From assembly GCA_964016885.1 (NCBI GenBank), contig OZ024750.1:3782001-3846000 (forward strand): a stretch of 64,000 nucleotides of DNA, in the 5' to 3' direction. Below the pieces are notes generated by a model. It was not told where the DNA came from and did no database searches. It saw only the letters and a list, made by a program, of their open reading frames with translations. Shown here piece after piece: positions 1 to 11,044 of the stretch (its first letter is position 1; every line of letters begins with the position of its first letter). Source of the stretch: Eledone cirrhosa (taxonomy: Eukaryota). Made by a program: the position numbers and the translations under genes.

Positions 1-39
1 ATATATGTGTATGTATGTATATATATATATATATAATGA

Positions 40-2380
40 GAATCTAAATTATGTTAATTTTAAATCTAATCACCCCACTAACATTAAAAATGCTATAGTT
101 AGTAATATTGGAAAAAGAATATCAAACCTATCATCTAATAAAAATATCTTTGATGCTAACGCCAATTACTATAATAAGGCGCTTTCTAAAGCCGGTTATC
201 CTGATAAAATCAAATACAGTAAAGAAACCAATCCTAGAAGATCTTACAGTAAAATAATTAATTATTATCATTCCAATAACATAAATAAAAGACCTAGATA
301 CAAAAATATAATCTGGTATAATGCTCCTTTCTCTATTTCTATTAATAATAATATTCCTAAATTATTCTTTAGTGCCTTAAATAAATGCTTCCCTCCCTCA
401 TATCTATAGTAAAATATTTAACACACATACTATAACATTTTCCTATTCCACCTCCTCCAACATCTCCAACATTATCTCTAAACACAACAATAAAATATTA
501 AATACTAAATCACTTCCTTCCAACACTGAATATCATAATAATAGTAATAGTACTCCCGACGTCATTGTAAACTCTAGGATAATTTCTGCAAACTCAAATA
601 CGACGTCAAACGTAACTTCGTCAAATGTTCACAATACCAATCTAAATCAGGAAACTATTATTCCTATCGTAAATAACTTCTCCAATCCAATTCCTCCTAT
701 AGATAACACTAGGTTACTTGTTAATAACTCTGTTAATTTCTCTAATTGCAATTGTAATTGCCCTGTTAAAAATAAATGTCCTCTCAACAACCATTGTCTT
801 GAAAAAAACTTAGTCTATGAATGTAAAGTTATAACTGATACCAATTCCTTTACCTATTTCGGCTCCACCTCCACCTTCAAAGCTCGTTTTTATAATCAAA
901 ATTCTTCTTTTAAATAACAACTTAAAAGAACCAACACGGCACTCTCAGAACTCATATGGTCCTTGAAAGACAAAAATATTAACTATAACATCTCTTGGAG
1001 GAAAGTTTGTTCTGCCTCCCTATCCAGAACGTGTAATCTTTGTTTATGTGAGAAATTTACCATTATATCTAATTTAGATTCTATAATAAATAGACGCACT
1101 GACTTATTTTCTCTCTGCTTGCACAAATTCCACAAAACATTCCATAAAGTATACAGCTAATATTTAATACTTTACCAGTTTCTCAAAGGCTTATATATAT
1201 ATTTCTTTAAAAATATACCCATCTTTCTACCTTATTTCAATATTATTTATTATACATTATATAATACTAGTTACTCATTCTATATCATTCCTATTTATCA
1301 CTTTCCTTTCTTCCTCTTTTCTTTTAATTTCTAACCTCTAATCTGTACTTTTTCTTCCTAACTACTTCTCAATTCTTATTATTACTCACCACAACATATC
1401 CACTCTTCCATCTTTCTTCATATCATTGGCCATAAAAATTATTACTTTTTAAATACTTTATAGCATTACCTTTAAAAATCCTTCGTAAACATAAACATTT
1501 TTTGACGTTAGATTATTCCTCCTCAGTTCATTATATTTTTCTCCCTTTCATGCTCGTCTGACTTTTACATATTACATATTACAATACATAAAAACAAACT
1601 TAAATCCTAACTAATCTCCTTTATTACATTATATTGTTACCATTAGAAAATACTTCATAAACATATATATTTTGATGTTAGAGTCTTCTCTTCCTTAAAC
1701 ACTATTTTCTTCTTTGCTTTCTGCGCTCATTTGTAAACAATCTATTTACATATATTACGCATACATATTACATTAGATAAAAACAAACTTAAACATTAAC
1801 TAATTCCTCTAAATTCATAATTCATCCACTCTTCTACTTCTTTTCACCTTATATCCTTAATAACATTAACATTTTTATTTTAATAATACATATTAACAAT
1901 TTCTTTTCATCACACATATTAAACCCTTCAATATACAAACCTTAATTTAATATTATTCTTAATTTTTTTTTCTCTTCATCAACTTTTTATTTTCAAATTC
2001 TTTTAAATTATATATTATCTTCCAACGACTTTTTAACCTCTCTCTGTGAAGGCTATCTCTCTCTTTCTATCACCCATCTCTCCTCCTATCTCATCCTTCC
2101 TTATACTCCTCCCCCACCATTCTTTACTCTCATCTCCTCCTCTTTTTCACCCTTTCCAACCTCCCCTCACTTTTTTCCCAATATCACACATCAATCTTAA
2201 ATTACTGTTCATATGTTGATTTAAAACTTCACTATTCACAAGTGTTTTTTAACCTTATCATGTATCCCTATTTTATCTGACGAAAACGCTAATGTCATCT
2301 TGTGATGATATTTGTTTTTGAAATGCGCATAATAAAATACATGGAACTCTTTTAACCATCTTTTGATCTTATATTATATA
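40..2380 (+). mobile_element. Penelope-like retroelement (PLE), 5'-truncated and decayed: RT C-terminus, GIY-YIG endonuclease and 3' pLTR
   Basis: ORF 5-409 has YVNFKSNHP...RISNLSS...YNKALSKAGY and NIIWYNAPFS. About 745-900 reads CNCNCPVKNKCPLNNHCLEKNLVYEC...TYFGSTS. ORF 963-1160 has CNLCLCEK...CLHK. These are PLE RT-thumb and GIY-YIG/CCHH motifs, broken by stops and frameshifts. The element ends with a hammerhead and (TA)n. Confidence 0.85.
2259..2343 (+). ncRNA. Type I hammerhead ribozyme in PLE pLTR
   Basis: Core CTGACGA 2277-2283; long stem II; GAAA 2320-2323; minimal palindromic stem III TGCGCA; cleavage triplet AUA ending 2331; stem I tattttat/ataaaata plus catg/catg extension. Confidence 0.85.
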
Positions 2381-2622
2381 TATATATATATGTATGTATG
2401 TATGTAAAAAAAAAATTATCAGCAATTAAATGTATAAAACTAAGATTTTATTGTTTTATATTTTGTATCTCGGCTCTGTAATACATTTGAAAATTTACAT
2501 TGAGCCTTTTCTCCTACCGCTAACTGGCTAGTACTTAGTACTACCATCCATATTTATAATCATATATAAGTATAAATATTTTTATTATTACTATGTATGT
2601 ATATATATGTATGTATGTATAT

Positions 2623-4280
2623 ATCATCATCATCATCGTTTAACGTCCATCTTCCACGCTTGATTGGGTTTGGACGGGAGTTTTCCCACTTGAAGCAAGA
2701 GTGGTTGTCTTGCTCGCATAGGACTGTCTGGCGGGTTTTCTACGGCTGGATGCCCTTCCTAACACCAACCACGTTTACAGTGTGGACTGGGAGGTTTTTA
2801 CCGTGTTACCTACACGGCCACATTACAGCGTGGACTGTGTGTTTTTTTGTCATGACCCCTACACGACCTCATTTGTTTCGGACTGGATGTTGTGGTACCA
2901 ACATAACTTTACATTGAAAGGGGTGGTGGTGATGGGGTGGGGGTAGTGGGACGGGGGTGTATTTTTGTTAGAGGTGCCTACTGACTGTAGTAGGTTTCAC
3001 TTTGTACTTAGGTAAGGCGGGTCTTCTGTATTACTGTGTAGCGCCAAAGATCTCGGTCCAGTGACATTGTCTTGGAGAGGTGTAAGTGTGTGAGGTTGGA
3101 ATTTATCAAGTCGTCCCAGGTTTTTCTGGGTCTGCCTACCGTCTATTTTTATTGCCCTGCACTTTTTTATACAGCTGCCGTCTTTCATGCGCATCACGTG
3201 ACCATACCAACGTAGTCTTCTCTCGAGTAAACAACATCTGATCCCTCTTATTTCTAATTTTTCCCTTAGTTCGTTTATGCTTTGCCGTTCACGTATATTA
3301 CTATTACACATCCAGCGGAGCATGCAAGCTTCGTTCCTCTCCAGTCTGCGTCTATCCTCTGCACACAATGCCCAGGTCTCACTGCCATGTAACATTGCTG
3401 TTCGTATGCAGGCATCATACAGCCTGCCTTTCATTTTTAGAGAGAACCCTTTAGCGGCTAATAGTGGTATAAGCTCTCTGAACTTTTTCCATCCAGTTCT
3501 GACTCTAGCTACTGTACTTTCAGAGCACCCTCCACCACTGCTGATTTTGTCACCCAAGTAACGGAAGGTGTCCACTATTTCTATAGAACCATCTGTGCAA
3601 TGGAATGAGCTAGTATTCTGTGGGCACTTGCTGCTACTTATTGCACCAGAGCACCAGCCACATATAAAATCTATATTCTTAGTTAGCTTACCTGTGATCC
3701 CACTACATCTTTTATGCACCCATACTTTGCATTTGGGACATAAAATGGAGTTTCTACCTACTCCTTTCCTACACACTGAGCATGGCCATTTCCCGGATGG
3801 GACCGGTGCCCTATTTTCCTTCCTACAAACTAGAACTTTAGTCTTAGACAGGTTAATTTTAAGGCCTTTTGATTCTAGGCCATGCTTCCATGTTTGGAAT
3901 TTCTTCTCTAGTTCAGCCATTGATTCGGCTATGAGCGTTAGATCATCTGCGTATAGGAGTTCCCATGGGCAGCCGGTCTTGAACTCCACTGTTATAGCCT
4001 GAAGGGCAATAATAAATAGTAGGGGACTAAGAACGGAGCCCTGATGAACACCAACTTTTACGCTAAACTCTTCACTATATTCGTTGTTAATTCTAACCTT
4101 GCTGACTGTTTCATTATACATGGCCTGTGTAGCTCTCACAAGCCATTCATCAACACCTAGTTTTCTAAGAGCCCACCAGATAATGGAACGGGGGACTCTG
4201 TCAAAGGCTTTCTCCAAGTCGACAAAAGCTAAGTATAGGGGTTTACTTTTAGCTAGGTACTTCTCCTGTAGTTGTCGTAA
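2623..4280 (-). mobile_element. RTE-clade LINE, 5'-truncated (copy A, older subfamily)
   Basis: ORF 2997-4217 has the RT motifs DLEKAFD, QGSVLSP and YADD, a Cys/His finger, and RRLRWYGHV. (ATG)n tail read as (CAT)n at 2623. Confidence 0.92.
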
Positions 4281-4699
4281 AGTGCGTCTGTGGTACTTTT
4301 ACCTGACACAAACCCCATTAGAAATATAGTGAAAGCATTGACAGCTCCATAAACATTTGTGCTCCTATACTGATAGATATGGTGCAGAGGCCTACCCATT
4401 TGCCATTCTGAACTGTCTGCAGGCCCACCCTGTTCTGAACATTAAACCATTTTCCCCCTCAGTGTCTAAGATCACATTTATCCAGGAGTCAACTCTGCGA
4501 TCCTTGATTTTAGCGGTTCAGTTCCAGTGAATAGATCGAAACTTACCGACTGAAACCAGTTATTAAACACCTTATAACCATCATCAAACAGTTGCCTAAA
4601 GGAAGACATACTGGACATTGTGATCCAAGGCATACAAAGATAGGATGGTTGTGGCCGGACTGACTTTGATATAAAGCCAGCGAGATCTGGTTTTAAACC

Positions 4700-4926
4700 A
4701 TGTGTGTGTGACACCTCACACCTATGCAGGTTTAGCTGGCCTCCTGCAATGTATATCTCGTTGGAGGTGTCCTGGGTGTTCTATTGATAGGGACCCCGGT
4801 CCTCTCATCTCATTTCTACAGCTGAGTAAACTGGAGCAACGTGAAATAAAGTGTCTTGCTCAAGGAAACAACACATCACCCGGTCCGAGAATTGAACTCA
4901 CAACCTTTCGATTGCAAGCCCAATGC
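4700..4926 (-). mobile_element. tRNA-derived SINE with CORE-like centre and (CA)n tail
   Basis: Minus-strand B box GTTCAATTC and ccttgagcaagacactt core. Near-identical to 47020-47270; head and core shared with 59664-59830. Confidence 0.75.
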
Positions 4927-5013
4927 AGTTCAGAACAATCCAATTACTTCCCTTGCACCATTTAAACTTTGCTTAAGGCGTTAACGTATTAAATTAAAAA
5001 CAACACTTTATAG

Positions 5014-5307
5014 CATTGGTTCCCAACCAGGGGGCCATGGCAAGTTATTGGGGAAGTCACGGGAATTAACTAAAAATCACAAAATTTTATACATAAAAAA
5101 GAAGAGTAGTTTCCTAACATAATTTTTTCTTTTTCTTGCTTCAAATTTTTATCAACTTTCTACCTTTTCTAATTATAATTTTACTTCACAAATAAAAAGA
5201 CATGCCCAAATTATTTCTACATAAAAAATTTTAATTTTGTTGGGGGGCGCATACTGTTTTGCTATATCATTAAGGTGGAATTTATTATAAAAGGTTGGGA
5301 ACCGCTG
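5014..5307. mobile_element. hAT (Charlie-like) MITE
   Basis: TIRs cattggttcccaacc / ggttgggaaccgctg; 8-bp flanks ctttatag / ctctatag (TSD with one mismatch). Confidence 0.7.
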
Positions 5308-6962
5308 CTCTATAGAAAAGCATCTGCTGACGTTCCATTTTTTTTTTTTTAAATTGTTTTCAATTAAAAACATCCGGATTGGGGTGTCTAGATAAAAAAA
5401 AATACTTCTTAGCGAACCCTAGCGTGTGGTTTTCTATAAAGTAATCTTTATTTCTATATTAAGTGTGTATATTTTTTTCGTCTGTACACTGATGTACATT
5501 CAAAACATTCGAAAGTATTTTAACCCCTGGCAATGCTACGAGTATATTGGTTTGCAAAGTATTTAGTTAACTCCTAAAATGTGCTCGATTGTCGCACTTG
5601 GTGGTGAATTGCCTCGGCCCCTCCCTTCCAATCTCTTATGGGTTTATATTTGAATATATACATATATAGGAAGTAAAGCCTTAAGAGGTTTTATCAAATT
5701 TACTAAAAAGTCTTCCTCAGCGTTGGTGAAGTCATAACAGCAGTTGTGTTACATCAGTAAATAAAGTTTGTTAACATCATAGGAAAACTTAGTAGTAAAC
5801 TATAAAGACAAAGCAATTAGATTGTTGTGGGAAAGTGCGCCTATCTTTTTTTTTTTAATATGTAATAGCCACCCCGATTTAATTCTAGTAAATAAGCTTT
5901 CGAATCAATGTAGGGATTCGATACTACAATATTTATATCTAAAATATGGAAACATTTGAGTCGATCGGATGGAAGACGCAACCACAAAACTTGTATACCA
6001 AGAAAATTACGGGTTCCCAGTAAGGTAATTAAATAGTCGATACCGTCCCAGACATTTAGAAATCCAAAAGCAACGAAATGTTAGTTTGGCATTCTGCAAG
6101 AATGCCGAAACTGCAATAACAGTTCAGATAGAGCTAATTTGATATATTATCAGGAATCAAATAAGTCATGATCATCATCACTGAATCAATTCATTCGCTG
6201 CTGCCATTACCTTGAAATATATGGAACTTGTGTAAATAAGGTTATCCAAAATCTGTGAAATAACTCGAACCACTAACTATATATATATAAATAGAATTAC
6301 ACCTGGAGTATTTCTCAAATATATAAGAATTCAACGTAACTGATGGATACTAATTTCAAAATTAATACTAGAACCGCCTTCTAATTACGAAAAAAAAAAT
6401 TATTTATCAACTTCTCATGTGTAAACGATCAAGTAGGTCTGAATAACAAGTGTTTCCCACGTGTGTAACGAAAATCACACTTGATAAAAATTTTAACTAG
6501 CAAACATTAACAGATGAATAATTTAAATGGGAATAGTGGTTGCAAAAATAATCATTATCTACCATACCCAATAAAATGTAAGTAACCAACGACATTAATC
6601 GTTTAAAAGAAGGAAATTAGCCCGTAAGCTGAATTTATAGCTGGAAATGACAGTGAAGCCCTCTATTGGTCATAAGGTGAAATGAAAAGGGAGGTAATGA
6701 TGTTAAGGAATAATGGTTTCCAATTTAGGTGTGATGCCAGGAAATTTGGGAAAAGGAAAATTGGATATACCCGAATCCGAGAGGATGAATGGTAAAATTA
6801 ACCACGGCGGTATTTCTTTACACCTGAATCAGTGTTGCCAAGTTAACGCCTTTAATGCTAATTGAAGGATTCATTTAGTATTTACTGGAAACATTTTGAA
6901 TTGAGCATTTAGCAGGAAAAGTCTTTTTTTTTTAAATTTAGTTAGCGCTTTCTTAGCATTAA

Positions 6963-7147
6963 CAGACCTGCCAACCTCTAAATACCCAAACGGGGAGTAC
7001 CATGATAAAAGTGCCCCCAAACTGGGAGAAAGGCAAAATTAGGAGATTTTACATAATGAAAGCTATACCCATTTTCACAAGAGAAGGCATCTCTCACCCA
7101 TCCCAAAGTGGGTGGGAGATCTCCCCGTCGGAGAGTTGACAAGTCTG
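6963..7147. mobile_element. MITE with CAGACCTGCCAAC-type TIRs
   Basis: Ends cagacctgccaac / gttgacaagtctg; second copy at 62623-63015. Confidence 0.7.
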
Positions 7148-8250
7148 TATATATACTGGTCTGCATTAATATATGTAACAGCCACACGAACGTGTGATAG
7201 CACTGTGCATGAACCACAAAGCATTAATGAACTGAGAGATAGGCTGAGCATAAAGGGAAGACTGCATGTGATGCCTTTGAAGGATGATAGCAGCATAAAG
7301 ATGTGTGAGGTACTGGACACTGGACGGGGAAAACCTAGAGACACTTGGGATGATGTGGTTAAGCTAGTGCCGGATTTAGGACAAATGAGGCACTCTGCTA
7401 GTTAAATTATGAGGCCCCCTACTGAAGGAAATAATTCATTGTAAGAATTTTTTTTGGCAGTTAGATGCCCCCCCCCCCAACATCCGGCTAACGGGGCCAT
7501 GTGAACAATGGTAAATCTGGCACTGGGTGAAGCCATACAACTGAAGCAGCCAAGATCAAAGAGGCACGGGAAGGATGCAGCTGAATGCTCTTCCTGTCAC
7601 CAACCCTTTTACAAAATTCACTGGATACATTTTATCCTGTTAACACTAGAGAGATTGTTATGCCCTTCAAACCACAGAAGAATCCCCTCAACTCTTCTTA
7701 GGTATGGTTTCTACAGCTGGATGCCCTTCCTATCACCAACCACCTATATATACGAACTCAGATATGCAGAAACAGACACACATCTCTTTATATTTGTAAT
7801 AATATATTCCGATTTATTATCTTTTTTTCACCATCGGAATCTCCAATGTTTAAAAGTTTCAAAGAATGCTTGGGGGAAAATAAATGTCTATTGAAGCATA
7901 CATACATATATTCGTTCGGTAATTTAGAAACGCCAAATCAGATTTTAACATTTCCCATTACTACTTTTCCTAATTTAATCATGCTGCTTTCATAATATAC
8001 AGTTCGTTTTAGTTCTAAGTATTATATTGGTACGAGTTCCGTTAACTTCATAATATTTTACTATTTATTTTAATTGTAAACTATTATATTAGTATCAGAA
8101 AAAAATAGAAGAGTCACATTCCAACTGAAAAGAAGACACTACTTTGAACTCGCCACATTTTTTACCAACACACTTGCTTGTAGTTGTCTTTTCTTGTTTT
8201 ATACATTGCTCACGAGATGTCAGACGTTTACAATTTGAAAAATAAAAGTT

Positions 8251-8310
8251 GCAGCGCCACCTAGCTTGTCTATAAATAACCACCACCAACTCAATTTCTT
8301 CCTTTTCGTG
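8251..8310 (+). promoter_or_regulatory. Core promoter of the snoRNA host gene: CTCF-like motif, TATA box, TCT/5'TOP initiator
   Basis: gcagcgccacctagc 8251-8265 (reverse complement resembles the CTCF core); TATAAATA 8271-8278; pyrimidine tract tttcttCCTTTTC with C8302 31 nt after the TATA start. Confidence 0.7.
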
Positions 8311-8564
8311 TCGCGTCTTCATCCTGTTCACTTCTAATTTATATTAGCTAAGTGTGTCCGTGGTTTCGATGGTATGTCTAATATTTTGTCATGTTTATGG
8401 GTTATTAGTTTAGTCTTCTAATTATTCGACTGTTTTCGAAGTATTCTCAATACCTGCGGTTTAAAAATTCTTTATAGATTAGTATATTAATTCTATGAAG
8501 CTTTTTTTTTTTTTCATTTTATACTTATTTCGTTATAGGGATGGATGTCTTACAGTACAATCAC

Positions 8565-8631
8565 GCGAGTGATGATTATTTTAAAGATGGGAATCTCTCT
8601 GAATTACTATTGAAGATCTTTTATCTGACGC
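8565..8631 (+). ncRNA. SNORD79: Box C/D snoRNA, SNORD79 (U79)-like; predicted guide for 28S Am (human A3809 equivalent)
   Basis: C GTGATGA 8569-8575; guide tgggaatctc complementary to 28S GAGAUUCCCA; D' CTGA 8599-8602; D CTGA 8625-8628; terminal stem. The gatgggaatctctctga stretch matches recalled U79. Confidence 0.88.
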
Positions 8632-8755
8632 TGGTTGTAGCAGATAGTTGCTCAAATTATTTAGATATATGAAGATTGACTCTCGCATTCTCATAATTTA
8701 TGTAGCTTAACCTCCTTCGCTTTACTATTTCTGAAAGGTCGGTTAATTATATTAA

Positions 8756-8828
8756 TGCCACATGATGTATTTATTTGCTACTATTGATGGTTTTGTGATG
8801 ACAAAGTATACCATTTAAACTGATGGCA
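8756..8828 (+). ncRNA. SNORD76: Box C/D snoRNA, SNORD76 (U76)-like; 28S Am (human A2350 equivalent)
   Basis: Stem tgcca/tggca; C ATGATGT 8762-8768; guide tatttgctacta complementary to 28S UAGUAGCAAAUA; D' TTGA 8784-8787; C' GTGATGA 8795-8801; D CTGA 8820-8823. Confidence 0.85.
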
Positions 8829-8977
8829 AAATCTTCATGGGGTTTCTTTTTGACTAGTTTTCTTTTTTCCGGTAAAATTTAAAGGTTTTATCGAATTGCC
8901 TTTTGTCTATTATTAGGTAGGGACATAACGAATTTTTGTAGGTTCAGGTTACATTTCTGGAATGTATTTCGTTAGCT

Positions 8978-9052
8978 CTGGATGTATGATGATTATTGTT
9001 AGATAGGGACAAATGATCTACAATGATTAACTCATCTAACACTGACATCCAG
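8978..9052 (+). ncRNA. SNORD74: Box C/D snoRNA, SNORD74 (U74)-like; 28S Cm (human C3820 equivalent)
   Basis: Stem ctggatg/catccag; C ATGATGA 8986-8992; guide tagatagggaca complementary to 28S UGUCCCUAUCUA; D' ATGA 9013-9016; D CTGA 9042-9045. Confidence 0.87.
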
Positions 9053-9198
9053 TGCTGGTGAGGTTATATATTTTAAATATTACTAAATTATACGGGGTTT
9101 ACTGCTAGGAAAGCTACTAGAATGTACTGAGCTTGTATTACGTCTTCAATTAACATATTACCAGTGCTGCTATTTCTACTACCTACTTGTCATGTATT

Positions 9199-9270
9199 GT
9201 CATTCTATGATGAATTAATCTCAGTCTACTGATTTAAATTGATTAATAAGTCACCAAATCTGAGAATGAC
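9199..9270 (+). ncRNA. Box C/D snoRNA, family unassigned
   Basis: Stem gtcattc/gaatgac; C ATGATGA 9207-9213; D' CTGA 9229-9232; C' TTGATTA 9239-9245; D CTGA 9260-9263. Confidence 0.8.
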
Positions 9271-9445
9271 GGTTAATGTAGAGTTTTATTAACCCTAAAC
9301 TTAGCATAATTCTTCTAAAATAGAAATTAGGCCTTAGGCGTTTTATTAATAGTATTCATAACTTACGACTTCATTTTCTTTTATACTAGTAAATTATTGA
9401 TTTAAGTTAAAATACGTTTGAATATTGCTTGGACTATATTTGTAA

Positions 9446-9528
9446 ATGGCCTTGTCATGATGAGCTCGGAATTACCGTTTGATAGTAATGAAACTAACAT
9501 TTGGCTGTTTTTTTCTGAAGTTGGCCAT
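9446..9528 (+). ncRNA. SNORD65: Box C/D snoRNA, SNORD65-like copy 1; 18S Um (human U627 equivalent)
   Basis: Stem atggcc/ggccat; C ATGATGA 9457-9463; guide ggaattaccg complementary to 18S CGGUAAUUCC; D' TTGA; D CTGA 9515-9518. Confidence 0.82.
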
Positions 9529-9636
9529 TAATTATTAATAGTATTCATAACTTAAGACTTCATTTTCTTTTATACTAGTAAATTATTGATTTAAGTTAAA
9601 ATACGTTTGAAAATATTGCTTGGACTATATTTGTAA

Positions 9637-9719
9637 ATGGCCTTCTCATGATGAGCTCGGAATTACCGTTTGATAGTAATGAAACTAACATTTGGCTGTT
9701 TTTTTCTGAAGTTGGCCAT
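9637..9719 (+). ncRNA. SNORD65: Box C/D snoRNA, SNORD65-like copy 2
   Basis: Identical to copy 1 from box C (9648-9654) to box D (9706-9709). Confidence 0.82.
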
Positions 9720-9926
9720 TAATTTTTATAGATTTCTTTTCCTAGGGTCTTAAGATCTTTTTATTTCAGACATCAATACTTTCTGCGTCGCTAGTATTTA
9801 TTCTAAAGTACTCAAATCTACTTTTTAAGGGATTAGTCAATCGAAACCTATAGGAAGCTCTTCAGAATTAACCTGATTTTTTTATTTTTTTTAAATACTT
9901 TGTGTGGTTTACTTGGTACGTTAAAT

Positions 9927-9990
9927 AGTTGTGTGATGACTATAGAACTCTCTCACTGATCTTGTTGAGGAAATTTAAGTACTGACAACT
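9927..9990 (+). ncRNA. SNORD81: Box C/D snoRNA, SNORD81 (U81)-like; 28S Am (human A391 equivalent)
   Basis: Stem agttg/caact; C GTGATGA 9933-9939; gaactctctcactga matches the recalled U81 guide plus D' (9956-9959); D CTGA 9982-9985. Confidence 0.86.
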
Positions 9991-10129
9991 TTTAACGGCC
10001 AGTTCTATTCTTTGGTGATAGCTGTAGCTTTTGTTTTGTTCTGTTAATCGGGTAAGGCTTTCTATGGAAAAACATTTTGTCGGTTTTCACAAAACAGTTT
10101 CAAGAACTTGGTTTCTTAATTTTGTTCTT

Positions 10130-10202
10130 GCCCTGTGATGTGTATGTATTTGCTACTCTGATGCAATTCTGATGAGAATTACACCTGTAATTTGCTGAGG
10201 GC
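10130..10202 (+). ncRNA. Box C/D snoRNA, SNORD76/SNORD24-related guide shifted by one base
   Basis: Stem gccc/gggc; C GTGATGT 10135-10141; guide tatttgctact; D' CTGA 10158-10161; C' CTGATGA 10169-10175; D CTGA 10195-10198. Confidence 0.82.
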
Positions 10203-10455
10203 TGCTTCATTGTTTCGTGGTTTATTGCTAGGAAAGGTTTTAGCGTTTTGCAGGGTGTCCCCCTTCAAATAGTATGCACACTTCCACAGCAGATATCTCA
10301 AATCTGCTTTTTAACGTTTCAGATTTTACCCATCAAAAGGCTACCAAACAGGAAATTCATCATAAAATATTATAAAGCAATAAAATCAATGATAGTGCGA
10401 AGTTTGACATAGCACTGTTAATTTATTGAAAGAATTGTTTAGTAAATTTTAAAAA

Positions 10456-10578
10456 ACAGCTCCAGCTCCATCTAGTTCTGTTGCTATGGTGGCGTTTAAT
10501 GCTGTGATATTAAAGTTTCAGTTGAAAGTTATTCTACCTTGTGTATATATAAGGTGGCTTTTGAGACTGCTTACATAT
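10456..10578 (+). ncRNA. Candidate box H/ACA snoRNA
   Basis: Hairpin acagc...gctgt; H box ATATTA 10507-10512; second hairpin with acctt/aaggt; ACA 10573-10575 followed by 3 nt. Confidence 0.6.
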
Positions 10579-10713
10579 TTCTCTGAATGAATTGAAGGGC
10601 TCATTTTTATTTCAGATATACAGATTTGTCTACGATCTATGCGGCGTACCTCGTGCTTGTTCCCCCAAAATAATGGGCGGTTTTTTTTTTTTCATCTCTG
10701 AGGTTAATTCCGT

Positions 10714-10910
10714 GCTACCTCACAGCTTTGAACAGGGTCTCAGCTGCCTAACCGTTGTTAAGTCCTGGTTAGAGGGTGGCTGCTGGAAGACCATGCTTGT
10801 AGCAGCAAGATTCGGCTTCCTGTCTCGTCTCGCAAGACTCGTGCGGTAGTCACAACTTGATCAGTCCCCATGACTCCCGAAGGCAGCATGTGCCAGATAC
10901 TGAGGGTAGC
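10714..10910 (+). ncRNA. Unidentified GC-rich structured RNA (possible scaRNA or long sno-like RNA)
   Basis: Closing stem gctacctca/tgagggtagc, several internal hairpins, CTGA near the 3' end; GC-rich island within the host gene. Confidence 0.4.
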
Positions 10911-11044
10911 TTCTTCATTATCTTTACAATGCCCTTTAAAGAAAGAAATTTCCTGCTCCGCAGATTTTTATTTTTTTTATTTTTTTTGCAGCCCGAATCC
11001 CGAATTATTTTTATTTATTAAACATTGTTTTAGCCATTACGTTA

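Larger units (their letters stand above)
9343..9722 (+). repeat. Tandem duplication of a ~191-bp unit containing a snoRNA
   Basis: Units at about 9343-9531 and 9532-9722 differ by only a few bases. Confidence 0.9.

Noticed and set aside
5500-6700. Possible divergent gene upstream of the snoRNA host
   Set aside because: No supportable exon or ORF homology could be seen by eye.
8369-8560. ATG directly before the first donor, as in ribosomal protein genes
   Set aside because: No ribosomal-protein-like coding exons follow; at most a tiny ORF.
8914-8925. ggtagggaca, a second SNORD74-like guide
   Set aside because: No flanking C or D boxes and no terminal stem.
10592-10940. Telomerase RNA, 7SK or RNase P/MRP identity for the structured island
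   Set aside because: Only a 7-nt CCTAACC, buried in a hairpin. No convincing pseudoknot, P6.1 loop, 7SK 5' stem or P4 consensus was found.
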